From: Methanomassiliicoccaceae archaeon
GTDB lineage: Archaea; Thermoplasmatota; Thermoplasmata; Methanomassiliicoccales; Methanomassiliicoccaceae
Direction of reading: 5' to 3'
Assembly: GCA_963728405.1 (NCBI GenBank)
Contig: CAVSJV010000003.1
Span: forward strand, 1 to 64,000
Length of the DNA: 64,000 nt
Shown: one piece after another, positions 10,756 to 20,568 of the stretch
How the letters are laid out: each line of letters starts with the position of its first letter
Numbering within the stretch: position 1 is the first letter of the stretch
Translations under genes and position numbers: made by a program
Notes under the pieces: model-generated
What the model was told of the DNA's origin: nothing
The model's input: only the letters and a program-made list of their open reading frames with translations
Database searches by the model: none

Positions 10756-11749
10756 ATGGGTCGATATCCCTTCGTGTGCGCTTATCGACGATACCTGAAA
10801 AATGCCCGCGCTCGCTTGGGCGACAGCACGATCGACGAACGTGAACGCAAGTTGCACTTCATGGCCTCGATGATACAACAGCTCGACGAGCACGGCAAGA
10901 TCAGCACCTCGAACCCCTCCATGTTCACGGAGGACGACATCATCGAGATCTTCCTGGCGCTCAAGAATAAGAAGAACAAGGGCAAACCGGCCAAATGTTC
11001 GACGCTCAGGAAGCAGATGCAGTTGTTGAAGGACAGTATGCCTGGAGTGCAAAAATCGGAAAGTCGAGGATATGTTAAGGGACGGACGCATCAGAATAGG
11101 TAGTGACAATCAGGAACCGTTCTCCTTGTATCAGGAAGACCTGATAGCGGTTCTCAAATCCTGCAAAGAGGTCGGAGGATGGAAAGGCGAGGTTTGCCGC
11201 TTCGCGACGGCCATGCTCACGTTCCTTCGATTGAGGCCGGGAGAGCTGCAGCAAGCGTCCTTACGAGACTTGGACACCAGAAAGTGGACATTCCTGGTCT
11301 CGCAACCCAAGGGAAAGGGCATCTACGGCGAAGTAAAGCGCCTGCCGATCCCCGACGTCCTCAAGCCGTTCGTCCTCGACTATCTCGTAGCTAGAAGCGA
11401 GATGCTAAGGTCCAAAGGAAATCAGACCGCCGAGCCGCTCATTCCGGCCGTATCCTGCCACGGTGTCAACAACTACACCCAGCAGGCCTTCGGTCGGTTG
11501 AAGAAAGAGGTCATGGATCAGGCAAACATTCCTTTCAAGTGGAAGGACTTCCGGCCGACCGGCGGGCAACTGGCGTTAGACGGCGGTGTCCCCATAGAAC
11601 AGGTATCGCAATCGATGAGGCACGCTTCGACAAAAACGACGGAACGGTATTATTGCCGTGCCCGAGCTGACCCTGCGTTCGCGAACGTCAATGAAACATA
11701 CAATCGCATGTTTCTTGACGAGCCAGCTATGAACGCGAAAAGCGTTTGA
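10756..11749 (+). CDS. Tyrosine recombinase/integrase (one apparent +1 indel near 11036)
   Basis: The MGRYPF.. N-terminal domain joins ORF 11072-11749 as KDVCLECKNRKVEDML. Catalytic set: R (LRPGEL), K (QPKGK), KxxR (WKDFRPT), H (MRHAS), Y (TERYY). Confidence 0.9.
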
Positions 11750-11788
11750 ATTGAATCTCGATAATATTTGTCTGGATAAAGAGAAGAG

Positions 11789-11861
11789 TGGGCTCAGCCG
11801 GATTCGAACCGGCGGTCTCCTCCGTGTGAGGGAGACGTCATAACCGCTAGACCATGAGCCC
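11789..11861 (-). tRNA. tRNA-Val(CAC)
   Basis: GGGCTCATGGTCTAGCGGTTATGACGTCTCCCTCACACGGAGGAGACCGCCGGTTCGAATCCGGCTGAGCCCA folds as a cloverleaf with anticodon CAC. TATA-like TTAATATAT lies upstream. Confidence 0.97.
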
Positions 11862-12126
11862 GTAGCGCTGAACCCGCTGACCATATATTAATTTTTGGCC
11901 ATGGCTCGGTCCAGTTCTTTTATATCTGGGGCCGGGCGATGGCCGGGACGGTCCGATGGCGATATTTTTCTCCCCGATTCACCTCTGAAACGACCAAAAT
12001 GAAACCTGGTTTTTCGAAGATGACACAATAATAACATGGCCCTAAAATATGATGAGGTCAATCAGTAATAGTCCCTTGCGATCGCTTCTTGGACCATGAT
12101 CCCTGGGACCTCGCCGGAGGAATAAA

Positions 12127-13980
12127 TTGAACGAAGATTATTCGATGATAGGAAAGCAGAAGAGCGGGGCGGACGATGAGCTTAGGTTCGGAAGAAGGGG
12201 AGATTCCATCTTCACCTCGATACACACCGACCACCTGAGAAAGATGGACAGCGAGCTCTTTGACATATTGAACTCGGACCGAGATCTCGAACAGGTCCGC
12301 GCACGGCTGTTCGACCTTTTTTTCAGGAGAGAGATGCTCTATCATTCGCTCGATTGCTCGGCCGAAGCCCTGGAACGGGTGAACGCGCTCTACTGCATCC
12401 AGGTCCTCAGGAACCTGATCTCCCAGCGCAACGAGAACCTCAGTGGCTGCAGCACCTTATCCGAGGTGGTGCGCATCGTGAGGCAAGGGTCGGTGGCAGC
12501 GTCAGAGAGGGCGTTCTTCCTTGACCTATATCACATCATCAAGGGCTCATTGGCCCAATCAGACATCTACCGTGAGGAAGCGCCTCGCTTCGAGTCGACG
12601 GGGCGGGAGGGAGCGGTGCAGCGTTCCGATTTCCTGGACGTGATGGCCGCCCAGTGCCAGCGCCTTATCGAAGCCTACCCCACCGGCCTGGACCCCGAGG
12701 TCGTGTATCGTCGGCGGTCGAACCGCGATAGGATCATGAGCAAGATGGGGGCGAGCGAGGACGACTGGAACGACTATCGCTGGCAGCTACGCCACGTCCG
12801 CCGGAGCGTCCAGGACCTGGAAGGGCTCATCGAGCTGAGCGATGAGGAGCGCGAAGCGATCTCTCTGGCATCGGAGAACCATCTTCCTTTCGGCATCACC
12901 CCCTACTACCTTTCACTTATGGACCTTGAACCGCACCGGCGGAACGATCATGCGGTCAGAGCCCAGGTCATCCCTCCGCTGAGCTACGTCAATAGCGTCC
13001 TTAGCACGAAAAGGGAGGGTAACCTTGACTTCATGCGGGAGGGCGACACCTCCCCCATCGACCTGGTGACGAGACGTTACCCGATGATCGCCATTCTAAA
13101 GCCATACAACAGCTGCGCCCAGATCTGTGTGTATTGTCAGAGGAACTGGGAGATCGACGATGTTCTCAGCCCCAATGCTCAGGCATCGCGAGCGAAGCTC
13201 GAGGAGGCCCTGGAATGGTTCGAGGAACACCCCCTTGTTTCCGAGGTCCTCATCACCGGTGGGGACCCCTTACTCCTGACCGACCATCATCTGCTGAGGC
13301 TGCTGACCCGGGTCGCCTCCATCGAACACATCAAGCGCGTTAGGATCGGGACCCGCCTGCCGGTGGTCCTGCCGATGCGCTTCACTCGCGACCTCGTCAG
13401 GATGTTAGGCATTTTCAACGACCCACCCCGCCGGGAGTTGTGCCTGGTCACCCACTTCGAGCATCCTTACGAAGTGACGCCAGCCGCGGCCCACTGCATC
13501 GACATCATCAGACGGGACGGGCTGTCCGTCTACAACCAGCAGGTCTTCACCATGGAGAACAGCCGCCGATTCGAGACCGTCGCCCTCCGCCTGGCTATGA
13601 AGCAGATCGGCATCGACCCGTACTACACTTTCAACGCCAAAGGAAAGGAAGAGACTGACTGGTATCGTGTCCCCATCGCCCGCATCCTACAGGAACGGAA
13701 GGAGGAGGCCCGGATGATCCCGGGGCTCTCGCGCACGGACGTCCCGGTGTTCAACATCCCCGCCCTCGGCAAGAACAACCTGGGAGCATGGCAGAACCAC
13801 GACCTGATAATGCTCTCGCCGCAAGGGGAGCGCATCTACGAGTTCCATCCGTGGGAGAAGAACATCGTGTCCGTCCCGACCTACATCTATCACGACGTTC
13901 CGATCTTAAGCTATCTGCAGCGGCTACAGGAGCGGTTGGAAGATCCGAACGAATACGCCAGCATCTGGTATTATTTCTAG
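12127..13980 (+). CDS. Long-form KamA-family radical SAM/PLP aminomutase with glutamate 2,3-aminomutase-type residues
   Basis: WNDYRWQL, ITPYYLSL, RRYP, CAQICVYCQR (CxxxCxxC), TGGDPL, RIGTRLPVVLPMR, HFEHP, PLP-Lys region NIPALGK. Confidence 0.9.
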   Translation: MNEDYSMIGKQKSGADDELRFGRRGDSIFTSIHTDHLRKMDSELFDILNSDRDLEQVRARLFDLFFRREMLYHSLDCSAEALERVNALYCIQVLRNLISQRNENLSGCSTLSEVVRIVRQGSVAASERAFFLDLYHIIKGSLAQSDIYREEAPRFESTGREGAVQRSDFLDVMAAQCQRLIEAYPTGLDPEVVYRRRSNRDRIMSKMGASEDDWNDYRWQLRHVRRSVQDLEGLIELSDEEREAISLASENHLPFGITPYYLSLMDLEPHRRNDHAVRAQVIPPLSYVNSVLSTKREGNLDFMREGDTSPIDLVTRRYPMIAILKPYNSCAQICVYCQRNWEIDDVLSPNAQASRAKLEEALEWFEEHPLVSEVLITGGDPLLLTDHHLLRLLTRVASIEHIKRVRIGTRLPVVLPMRFTRDLVRMLGIFNDPPRRELCLVTHFEHPYEVTPAAAHCIDIIRRDGLSVYNQQVFTMENSRRFETVALRLAMKQIGIDPYYTFNAKGKEETDWYRVPIARILQERKEEARMIPGLSRTDVPVFNIPALGKNNLGAWQNHDLIMLSPQGERIYEFHPWEKNIVSVPTYIYHDVPILSYLQRLQERLEDPNEYASIWYYF

Positions 13981-14000
13981 GCCCTACGGGGCCCTTTTTT
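13980..14000 (+). terminator. Hairpin plus T-tract terminator
   Basis: GGCCC-TACG-GGGCC followed by TTTTTT immediately after the stop. Confidence 0.55.
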
Positions 14001-14090
14001 ATTACCATGAATAAGTTATTTATAGATGTTCTAATCTATTAATATTAATGGGTTGTAAACCCCCAGTTGTCTAGAAAGAAAGGAGGTTCG

Positions 14091-14558
14091 ATGGCGGCGA
14101 GTGATGAAAAGGAGCGAAGTCTGGCTACAACTAGCCATTGGGGCCCCATCAGCATGCTACAGGAGATAGAAAGGCTGTTGAACAGCTTCCAGTTCGGGTT
14201 CGACGAGATGACCTTCAGACCGTCCGGCTCCCGCCTTGCGGCCGTGACATCCGTGACGATGGGGCCCATTACCTGGTCGAGGTGGAGTCCCCTGGCCTTA
14301 GGAAGGACGAGGTCACCATCGAGATCAGCGATGAGGCCTTGGTAATAAAGGCCGAAAGGGAGGACAGGGCCGAAGCCCAGGGAGAATGCTATATGCGACG
14401 GGAGAGGGGGCATATGTCATTCTACCGCCAGGTCTCCCTGCCCAACGATGTCGATCATACCAAGGCATCGGCAAAGATGAAGGATGGTTTGCTGAAGGTG
14501 ACCCTCCCTCAAGGAGGCCGAAACAGCCGAGAACAGGAAGACGCTCGATATCAAATGA
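14091..14558 (+). CDS. Hsp20/alpha-crystallin small heat-shock protein (two apparent indels)
   Basis: AGGAGGT RBS. Motifs DIRDDGAHYLVEVESPGL, RRERGHMSFYRQVSLP, AKMKDGLLKVTLP. The C-terminal KTLDIK (IxI-like) is restored by a frame correction. Confidence 0.88.
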
Positions 14559-14647
14559 ATCCAATCCCTTCTGCCTTTTTTTACCAATTTTTACCATAAT
14601 CATCGAGAAAATCGCATATAGTCAGACCTGGCAAGAAGTCATGAGGA

Positions 14648-15040
14648 ATGAACTTGCCGCAACGGTCCATCATGAAGAGGAGCGCTGACATGGAGAGATG
14701 CATCAGAGCCTGCCAGGACTGCCACGGTGCTTGCACCGAGATGATCATTCATTGCCTGCAGAGAGGTGGAGAACAGGCTGAGGCCGGACACATCGCCCTG
14801 CTGCAGGATTGCGCTAACGTTTGCGAACTCAGCGAGGATGTCATGCTGCGATCCTCCAAGTTCATGAACCGCATATGCACGCTGTGCGCCGACGTGTGCG
14901 ACGACTGTGCTGACAGCTGCGAACGGTTCGATGATGACGCCATGAAGCAATGCGCCGACCAATGCCACAGCTGCGCTGACACATGCAGGGAAATGCTCAC
15001 CGGTGGCGAGATCCACAATCGGCTAACCAGCTTCTCGTGA
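14648..15040 (+). CDS. Four-helix-bundle copper storage protein (Csp3/DUF326-like)
   Basis: Repeated CxxxCxxC motifs (CIRACQDC, CTLCADVCDDCADSC, CADQCHSCADTC). Confidence 0.9.
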   Translation: MNLPQRSIMKRSADMERCIRACQDCHGACTEMIIHCLQRGGEQAEAGHIALLQDCANVCELSEDVMLRSSKFMNRICTLCADVCDDCADSCERFDDDAMKQCADQCHSCADTCREMLTGGEIHNRLTSFS

Positions 15041-15784
15041 TCACTCAGTGATGACCTGGGTGGCGCGGAACTTGCCTTCAGTGAACAGCAGGGAGAAGTA
15101 ACCGGTCTTGTGGTTGGTGCTTCTCAGCTTGATGCACCGGATGCGCCTCTGGATGTCGGTCTCGCCGATCTCCTGGAGCTTCAGGGAGATGACGCCGTCG
15201 GCCAGATAGCCCTCATCGAAGCGGTTCTCGAACATGTTGTCCGGGGTGGTCTCGGAGATGAGGAACGAAGTGACGTTCAGGTTCCTAAGCCACTCGAACA
15301 GATAGAAAAGCTCGGTACGGCGGTTGTCTTCCATCTGGGCGGCCATCTCCAGCACGTCCAGGGAGTCCACGACCAGGATGTCGTAGTCGAAGTTCTGCTT
15401 GAGGTTATCGGCATACATCTTGAACACCTGCATCCAGGTGCCCTTGGCGCTCAGTTGGGTCAGGGACTTTCGGATCAAGCCGAGGTCCAAAATCTGGATG
15501 AAGTCCTGGGCCCTCTTGTCATCCATGCCCAGGGAGGTCATCTGCTGCAGGAGGTTCTCTCTTGATTGCTCGAGGGTCATGTATACCGACTTGATGCCCT
15601 TCTCGAGCGCGTTGTAATATAACATGCTGTAAGCGACCGAGGATTTCATGGTACCGGGAGTGCCGGTCAGCAGAACCACCTGGTTCTTGGGTATACCACC
15701 CTGGAGGTTCTCATCAAAGTTCTGGATATAGGTCCTCATTCGCTCGATCTGCAAAATATTTTCCTCCTGCTGGCGAATTGCCAT
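15041..15784 (-). CDS. KaiC/RAD55-like RecA-superfamily ATPase
   Basis: GGIP, GTPGTMKSS, TLEQ, VVDSL, YLADGVI, IKLRST. Confidence 0.9.
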   Translation of the reverse strand: MAIRQQEENILQIERMRTYIQNFDENLQGGIPKNQVVLLTGTPGTMKSSVAYSMLYYNALEKGIKSVYMTLEQSRENLLQQMTSLGMDDKRAQDFIQILDLGLIRKSLTQLSAKGTWMQVFKMYADNLKQNFDYDILVVDSLDVLEMAAQMEDNRRTELFYLFEWLRNLNVTSFLISETTPDNMFENRFDEGYLADGVISLKLQEIGETDIQRRIRCIKLRSTNHKTGYFSLLFTEGKFRATQVITE

Positions 15785-15811
15785 CAGTGTATATAATCCT
15801 ATTTTGGCGGC

Positions 15812-17284
15812 TTACTCCTCTGGGGATTGAGAAGAGGAGCGCATCATCGGTACGCTCAGGATGAACGAGCCGCCGGCGTGCATCAATGTATAGTAACGTG
15901 GATCGATGTTCGCTCCCCTCATCTTGAGGCAGCGAAGCCACCGCTGGATATGCGAGTCACCGACCTCCTTCAGGACGATCTCGATGGCGCCGTCGGCCAC
16001 ATACAACTCCATGTGCCCATCCCCCTCCAACCGAGCCATGGGCGTCTCCGAGATGACGAATGTAGTAAGACCGAGCGAGCGAAACCAGTCGAACAGTTCC
16101 TGGACATCGATCCTGGTGAATTCGTGCTGGCTCATGGCCATGAACGATTCCAGGGAGTCGATCGCCAGTAGCGTGAACGGACTTTCCTTCATGACATTCT
16201 CGATATAGCGCATGATGATGCTGCGCCAGTCGCCGTGCTGTCCCTCCATACTACGGCGTAGGTCCACTAGGTCCACGACCATCAGGTGGTCCAGGGACGA
16301 GTCCCTGGACATGCCCAGCCTGTCCATCTGCCGGATGAGCGAATCGCGGTCCTGCTCGAGGGAGAGGAACATTCCCTTCATCGATTCGTTGCGGGCGGCG
16401 TTGTGAAAGACATGATACGTGAGCGACGTTTTCATGCTCCCGGCCGGACCGTTCACCAGCACGACACTGCCCATGGGTACGCCCCCAGATAGGATCTGGT
16501 CCAGTCGCTCGACGTGGGTGAGCAAGCGCCGATCGCCCAGGTCGGGGGGCAGTCCCGCCCCAATCTGGCCGCGCAGCTGGGCGGTGACGTCGGCGAGCAC
16601 CCGCTGCACATCGGCCGCTGAACATTTGATCTCATCATCCCCGGCCCGCAATTGAACATAGGCAGCCTTTAGCTCCCCCTCCAGCTGTCCGATGCGGCTG
16701 AGCTGGTCGGCCATCTCCCGCTCGATGTTTTGCCTTATGCGTTTCCTCTCGGCCTCCAGCACCGGCCGAAGGTCATCATTGGCCTGCAGGAGGCGTTCCA
16801 CCTGTTCCATTCCCTGTTCGTCGTCCCGGGCGCCGCAATGGTAATCCTCCGCGGCCTGCAGAGCATTCTGGAGCACGATGGCCATGGCGTCGAGGTCATC
16901 CTCCCGCTCTTTGATCCTCTTTTTCGCTTCAACGATCGATAGGCGCTCCTTCTCCAGCTCCTGGGCGGCATGCTCCAGCTCAAGGGACTCGGCCTCCAGG
17001 GAGTCCATCTCCTCACGCAGCTCCTTCTCTCGGTCCAGGAGCTCCCGCTCCCGGCCGTTATAGCTATCCGATATCGGCTGGACCGCGGACTGCCCGCGGA
17101 AGGATCCCTTGGGCTTGATGTCCCGGACATCGCGGATGCCGGGGGCGGAGATCTTCCCAGAGGTGGGCCGTGAAGCATCCTTGACCTTGGCCGCACCCGT
17201 CAGCGGTTCCCCGCATCGCCAGCACTGGGTGTCACTGGGGCCAATGCCGGCGCCGCACCTTGAGCATTCTAGGATCCGGACCAT
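15812..17284 (-). CDS. Zinc ribbon + coiled coil + KaiC-like ATPase
   Basis: CSRC..CWRC N-terminus, E/R/L-rich heptads, then GGVP, GPAGSMKTS, AIDSL, YVADG, LKMRG. Confidence 0.88.
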   Translation of the reverse strand: MVRILECSRCGAGIGPSDTQCWRCGEPLTGAAKVKDASRPTSGKISAPGIRDVRDIKPKGSFRGQSAVQPISDSYNGRERELLDREKELREEMDSLEAESLELEHAAQELEKERLSIVEAKKRIKEREDDLDAMAIVLQNALQAAEDYHCGARDDEQGMEQVERLLQANDDLRPVLEAERKRIRQNIEREMADQLSRIGQLEGELKAAYVQLRAGDDEIKCSAADVQRVLADVTAQLRGQIGAGLPPDLGDRRLLTHVERLDQILSGGVPMGSVVLVNGPAGSMKTSLTYHVFHNAARNESMKGMFLSLEQDRDSLIRQMDRLGMSRDSSLDHLMVVDLVDLRRSMEGQHGDWRSIIMRYIENVMKESPFTLLAIDSLESFMAMSQHEFTRIDVQELFDWFRSLGLTTFVISETPMARLEGDGHMELYVADGAIEIVLKEVGDSHIQRWLRCLKMRGANIDPRYYTLMHAGGSFILSVPMMRSSSQSPEE

Positions 17285-17296
17285 GTTCGCACCAGC

Positions 17297-18010
17297 TCAC
17301 TCGCTGATGGCCTTGGTCACTTGGAACCTTCCGCCGGTGTACAGGAGGGAGTAATAGGACGGGTCATGGTTGGTCTCCCTCATCTTCACGCAACGGATCC
17401 TACGCTGGGTCTCCACCTCACGCACCACCTGCATCTTCAGGGTAACGATGCCGTCGGCGAGGTATCCTTCGTCATAAGAGCCATCGAACAGGCGGTCCGG
17501 CGAGACCTCCGAGATCAGGATCACGGTAGCGCTGAGGTCCCTCAGCCACTCGAACAGATAGAAGAGATCGGTGCGCCGGTTGGACATCTCCGATATGGCC
17601 TCCAGCACGCCCAAGGAGTCGATGGCGATGACGCTGAAATTGAGATCGTTCTTGAGCGATGTGAGGTAGCCCTTGAACACCTGCATCCAGGAGTCACCGC
17701 CCGAGACATGCTTGAGGTTCTTCCTGATCAGTCCCAGGTCCAGGACGTGCAAGGTCTGCTTGACGTCCTCGGTGCGCATGCCCATCTTCTCCATCTGCCG
17801 GAGCAACGAGTTGCGGGACTGCTCCAAGGTGACATAGACGCAGGTCGTCCCGTTCTCCTTGGCCTGATTATATAGTGCGTAGTAGGCCAACGAAGACTTC
17901 ATGGTGCCGGGGGTGCCGGCCATGAGAACGATGTGTCCCTGGGGGATGCCCCCCTCCAATATCCTGTCGAAGCCTTCGATGTAAGTCTTTATCCGGCCGG
18001 TCGAGTCCAA
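17297..18010 (-). CDS. KaiC/RAD55-like ATPase (likely TTG start at 18010)
   Basis: RIKTYIEGFDRILEGGIP, GTPGTMKSS, AIDSL, YLADG, VKMRET. Confidence 0.9.
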   Translation of the reverse strand: MDSTGRIKTYIEGFDRILEGGIPQGHIVLMAGTPGTMKSSLAYYALYNQAKENGTTCVYVTLEQSRNSLLRQMEKMGMRTEDVKQTLHVLDLGLIRKNLKHVSGGDSWMQVFKGYLTSLKNDLNFSVIAIDSLGVLEAISEMSNRRTDLFYLFEWLRDLSATVILISEVSPDRLFDGSYDEGYLADGIVTLKMQVVREVETQRRIRCVKMRETNHDPSYYSLLYTGGRFQVTKAISE

Positions 18011-18113
18011 AGTGAGTTCCCCCAATATCGGGCAGTTTATTCTGATAAAATAATAAAAGGGAGCATACAAAAACCTTCTTGGCTAGGTCCGCCAAATGAT
18101 AATACGTCCAGCA

Positions 18114-18816
18114 CTAGGCGTCGCCGCGAATGACCACCTTGCGGACAGTACTGCTTGGCATTCTCGGCCATGCCGAGGATGGCAGCCTTGGAATAGGGCT
18201 TGATGACCGAGAGGTTCGCGTCCAGAGTGTGCTCCGGCCGGAACTGCTGCAGAGCGAACTTCCTGGTCCCGCCGATGTAGGCGGCCATGGCCTCGATGTC
18301 CTGGGCGGTCAGGAGTATCGGCACCACGGTGGTGCGGAACTCATGCTCGACGCCCGAGGTCTCCAGGATCTCGATGGAACTCTTGATCCTGCCCAGGTCG
18401 ACGCTGACCCCCGCCAGGTCGTCGTATTTCTCGTTCAGCGGCGCCTTCAGGTCCATGGCCACATAGTCGACCAGCCCGGCCTCGATGACGTCCCTGAGCA
18501 TTTCAGGGTTCGTCCCGTTGGTGTCCAGCTTGACCTTCATGCCCAGGTCCTTGATCTTCCTGAGCAGCTCGGGCAGGTCCTTGTGGATGGTCGGTTCGCC
18601 ACCTGTGACCACGATGCCGTCGAGGAACTCAGAGTTGGAGCGAATGTACTCCTCGATCTCGGGGAAGGGGATCTCATCGAAAGCGTCGGGACTGAGCACG
18701 ACGTCCCGGTTATGGCAGAACGGGCAGCGGAAGTTGCACCCAGGCAGGTAGATGGACACCACCACGTGACCGTCCCAGTCCAGCAGCGAGGTCTTGATGA
18801 ATCCGATGATCTTCAT
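18114..18816 (-). CDS. nrdG: Anaerobic ribonucleotide reductase activating protein (radical SAM); indel near the C-terminus
   Basis: MKIIGFIKTSLLDW, GCNFRCPFCHN, TGGEPT, KLDTNG, MDLKAP, EFRTT. Corrected end is YVRKVVIRGDA*. Confidence 0.82.
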
Positions 18817-18966
18817 TGGCCTGCCACCCGACGCGATGACCTGTCTTAACACTTGGCATGGGTGCATCGAAAACCGCGGACCAGGCGAAAGACTGTACCG
18901 TACCGGACAGAAGGTCGGGCGGAAAGGTATTTTGACCGGTAAGAACTTCGAGATGCGGACCGCAGG

Positions 18967-19428
18967 ATGACCTTACCGCAAGCATCAGGACCTCAGGACC
19001 GACCCGGCAACGAAGGGGGCGAGCCGAAGATCATCGCCTTCTGCTGCAACTGGTGCTCCTATGCAGGCGCGGACCTGGCGGGAGTGATGAGAAGGCAGTA
19101 CGACCCAGCCGTCCGGATCGTCCGGGTCATGTGCTCCAGCCGGATCGATGCGGGCCTCATCCTGGAATGCTTCGAGAAGGGGGCGGACGGCGTCCTGGTC
19201 CTGGGCTGCCATCCCGGCGACTGCCATTACGTCTCTGGCAACATCAAGGAAGAGCTGCGGGTCCAGGACACCTGGCGACTGCTGGACCTGCTGGGCATCG
19301 GACGCGAGAGGCTCGTGCTGAAGTGGATCTCCGCTTCCGAGGGGGAGGAGTTCGCCGCGACCATCGATCAATTCGCCGCTACAATCCGTCGACGGGGGCC
19401 GCTGAGGGGGGCCGATCATGGACCTTGA
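18967..19428 (+). CDS. mvhD: Methyl-viologen-reducing hydrogenase delta subunit ([2Fe-2S])
   Basis: FCCNWCSYAGADLAG, RVMCSSR, GCHPGDCHY, WISASEG. Confidence 0.93.
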   Translation: MTLPQASGPQDRPGNEGGEPKIIAFCCNWCSYAGADLAGVMRRQYDPAVRIVRVMCSSRIDAGLILECFEKGADGVLVLGCHPGDCHYVSGNIKEELRVQDTWRLLDLLGIGRERLVLKWISASEGEEFAATIDQFAATIRRRGPLRGADHGP

Positions 19429-20539
19429 GCGGCTGGTCCGCAAGTACGGGGCGGACGCCTGCATCGGCTGCGGGCGGTGCACCTATTCCTGCGTGGCCGC
19501 TCAACGCTATGAGGGCTTCTCCCCCCGAAGCGTGGTCGAGAACGCTCTGAACGGCAAGCAAGTGAAAAGAACGGCGGCGCTATGGGCCTGCACGGCCTGC
19601 GGCGCCTGCTCTCAGCTCTGCAACGCCGATGTGGACTTCCCCGGCCTGGTGCGGGAGCTTCGTGCCGCCGGCCAGAAGGACAATGTTCCCTTAGCCGCCC
19701 ATCATGGCGTCCTGGGGCGGGTCGCCAAGCTCAGCTCCTCGAGCGCACCGCAGGCGGCCGCCTGGGTGACACCGGACCTGGAACTGGACGAGGGTTCGGA
19801 CACATTGCTGTTCGTTGGCTGCACGCCGTACTTCGACGTGGTGTTCAACTACTTTCGCTCGGACCTGCTGGAGATCCCGCGCGCCTCGGTCCGGCTGCTG
19901 AACGCCCTGGACATCCGGCCCAGGTTGCTCTCTTCGGAACGCTGCTGCGGTCACGACGCCTTCTGGTCCGGTGACGACGCGTTGTTCGATAGACTGGCCC
20001 GGGCGAACGTCGATGCGGTCAAGGCGGCGGGGATCAAAGAGATCATGGCATTCTGCCCCGAATGCCTGGTCACCTGGCGGGACCTCTATCCCCAGATTCT
20101 GGGCGACACGGGCATCAGGGTCCGCAGCGTTATGGAGGTGGTGCAGGAAGGATTGTGCTCCGGTCGGCTGGACCTTCGGAAGGGCGAGGAACTGTTCACC
20201 TACCAGGACCCCTGCCGGTTGAGCAAGGGGACGCCGGTCATCGAGGCCCCCCGGCACATCCTGAGGACGATCGGCCGGCTCGAGGACATGCCCCGTTCCG
20301 GTGTGATGAGCGCGTGCTGCGGCACCGCCGGGTGGGTCAATTGCGATCACACCGCCAAGAAGGTCCAGATGGAGCGCCTGAACGAGGCGGAGAGCACGAG
20401 AGCCGACACGCTGATCACCGCTTGCCCCAAGTGTCTCATCCATCTGTCCTGCGCCGACCGCCATCATGGGGCCGAGATGCCCAGGCGGATAAGGATCGAG
20501 GATATCCACGTAAGGGCGGCGCGGGCCTTGGAACGTTGA
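19418..20539 (+). CDS. HdrD/GlpC-like Fe-S protein (2x[4Fe-4S] plus two CCG domains)
   Basis: CIGCGRCTYSC, CTACGACSQLC, FVGC, ERCCG, CPEC, YQDPC, CCG, TACPKC. Confidence 0.88.
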   Translation: MDLERLVRKYGADACIGCGRCTYSCVAAQRYEGFSPRSVVENALNGKQVKRTAALWACTACGACSQLCNADVDFPGLVRELRAAGQKDNVPLAAHHGVLGRVAKLSSSSAPQAAAWVTPDLELDEGSDTLLFVGCTPYFDVVFNYFRSDLLEIPRASVRLLNALDIRPRLLSSERCCGHDAFWSGDDALFDRLARANVDAVKAAGIKEIMAFCPECLVTWRDLYPQILGDTGIRVRSVMEVVQEGLCSGRLDLRKGEELFTYQDPCRLSKGTPVIEAPRHILRTIGRLEDMPRSGVMSACCGTAGWVNCDHTAKKVQMERLNEAESTRADTLITACPKCLIHLSCADRHHGAEMPRRIRIEDIHVRAARALER

Positions 20540-20568
20540 TATAGACCGGACCGCCCCAATTAGCAGCG

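Larger units (their letters stand above)
1..11788. mobile_element. Putative integrated element/genomic island at the 3' end of tRNA-Val(CAC); left boundary outside the window
   Basis: The tyrosine integrase ends 39 bp from the tRNA 3' end. The region is lower-GC and mosaic, with accessory genes only. No duplicate of the tRNA 3' end (second att site) was found inside the window. Confidence 0.7.

Noticed and set aside
11030-11045. Programmed frameshift in the integrase
   Set aside because: No slippery heptamer at the junction, and identical-looking indels occur in housekeeping genes.
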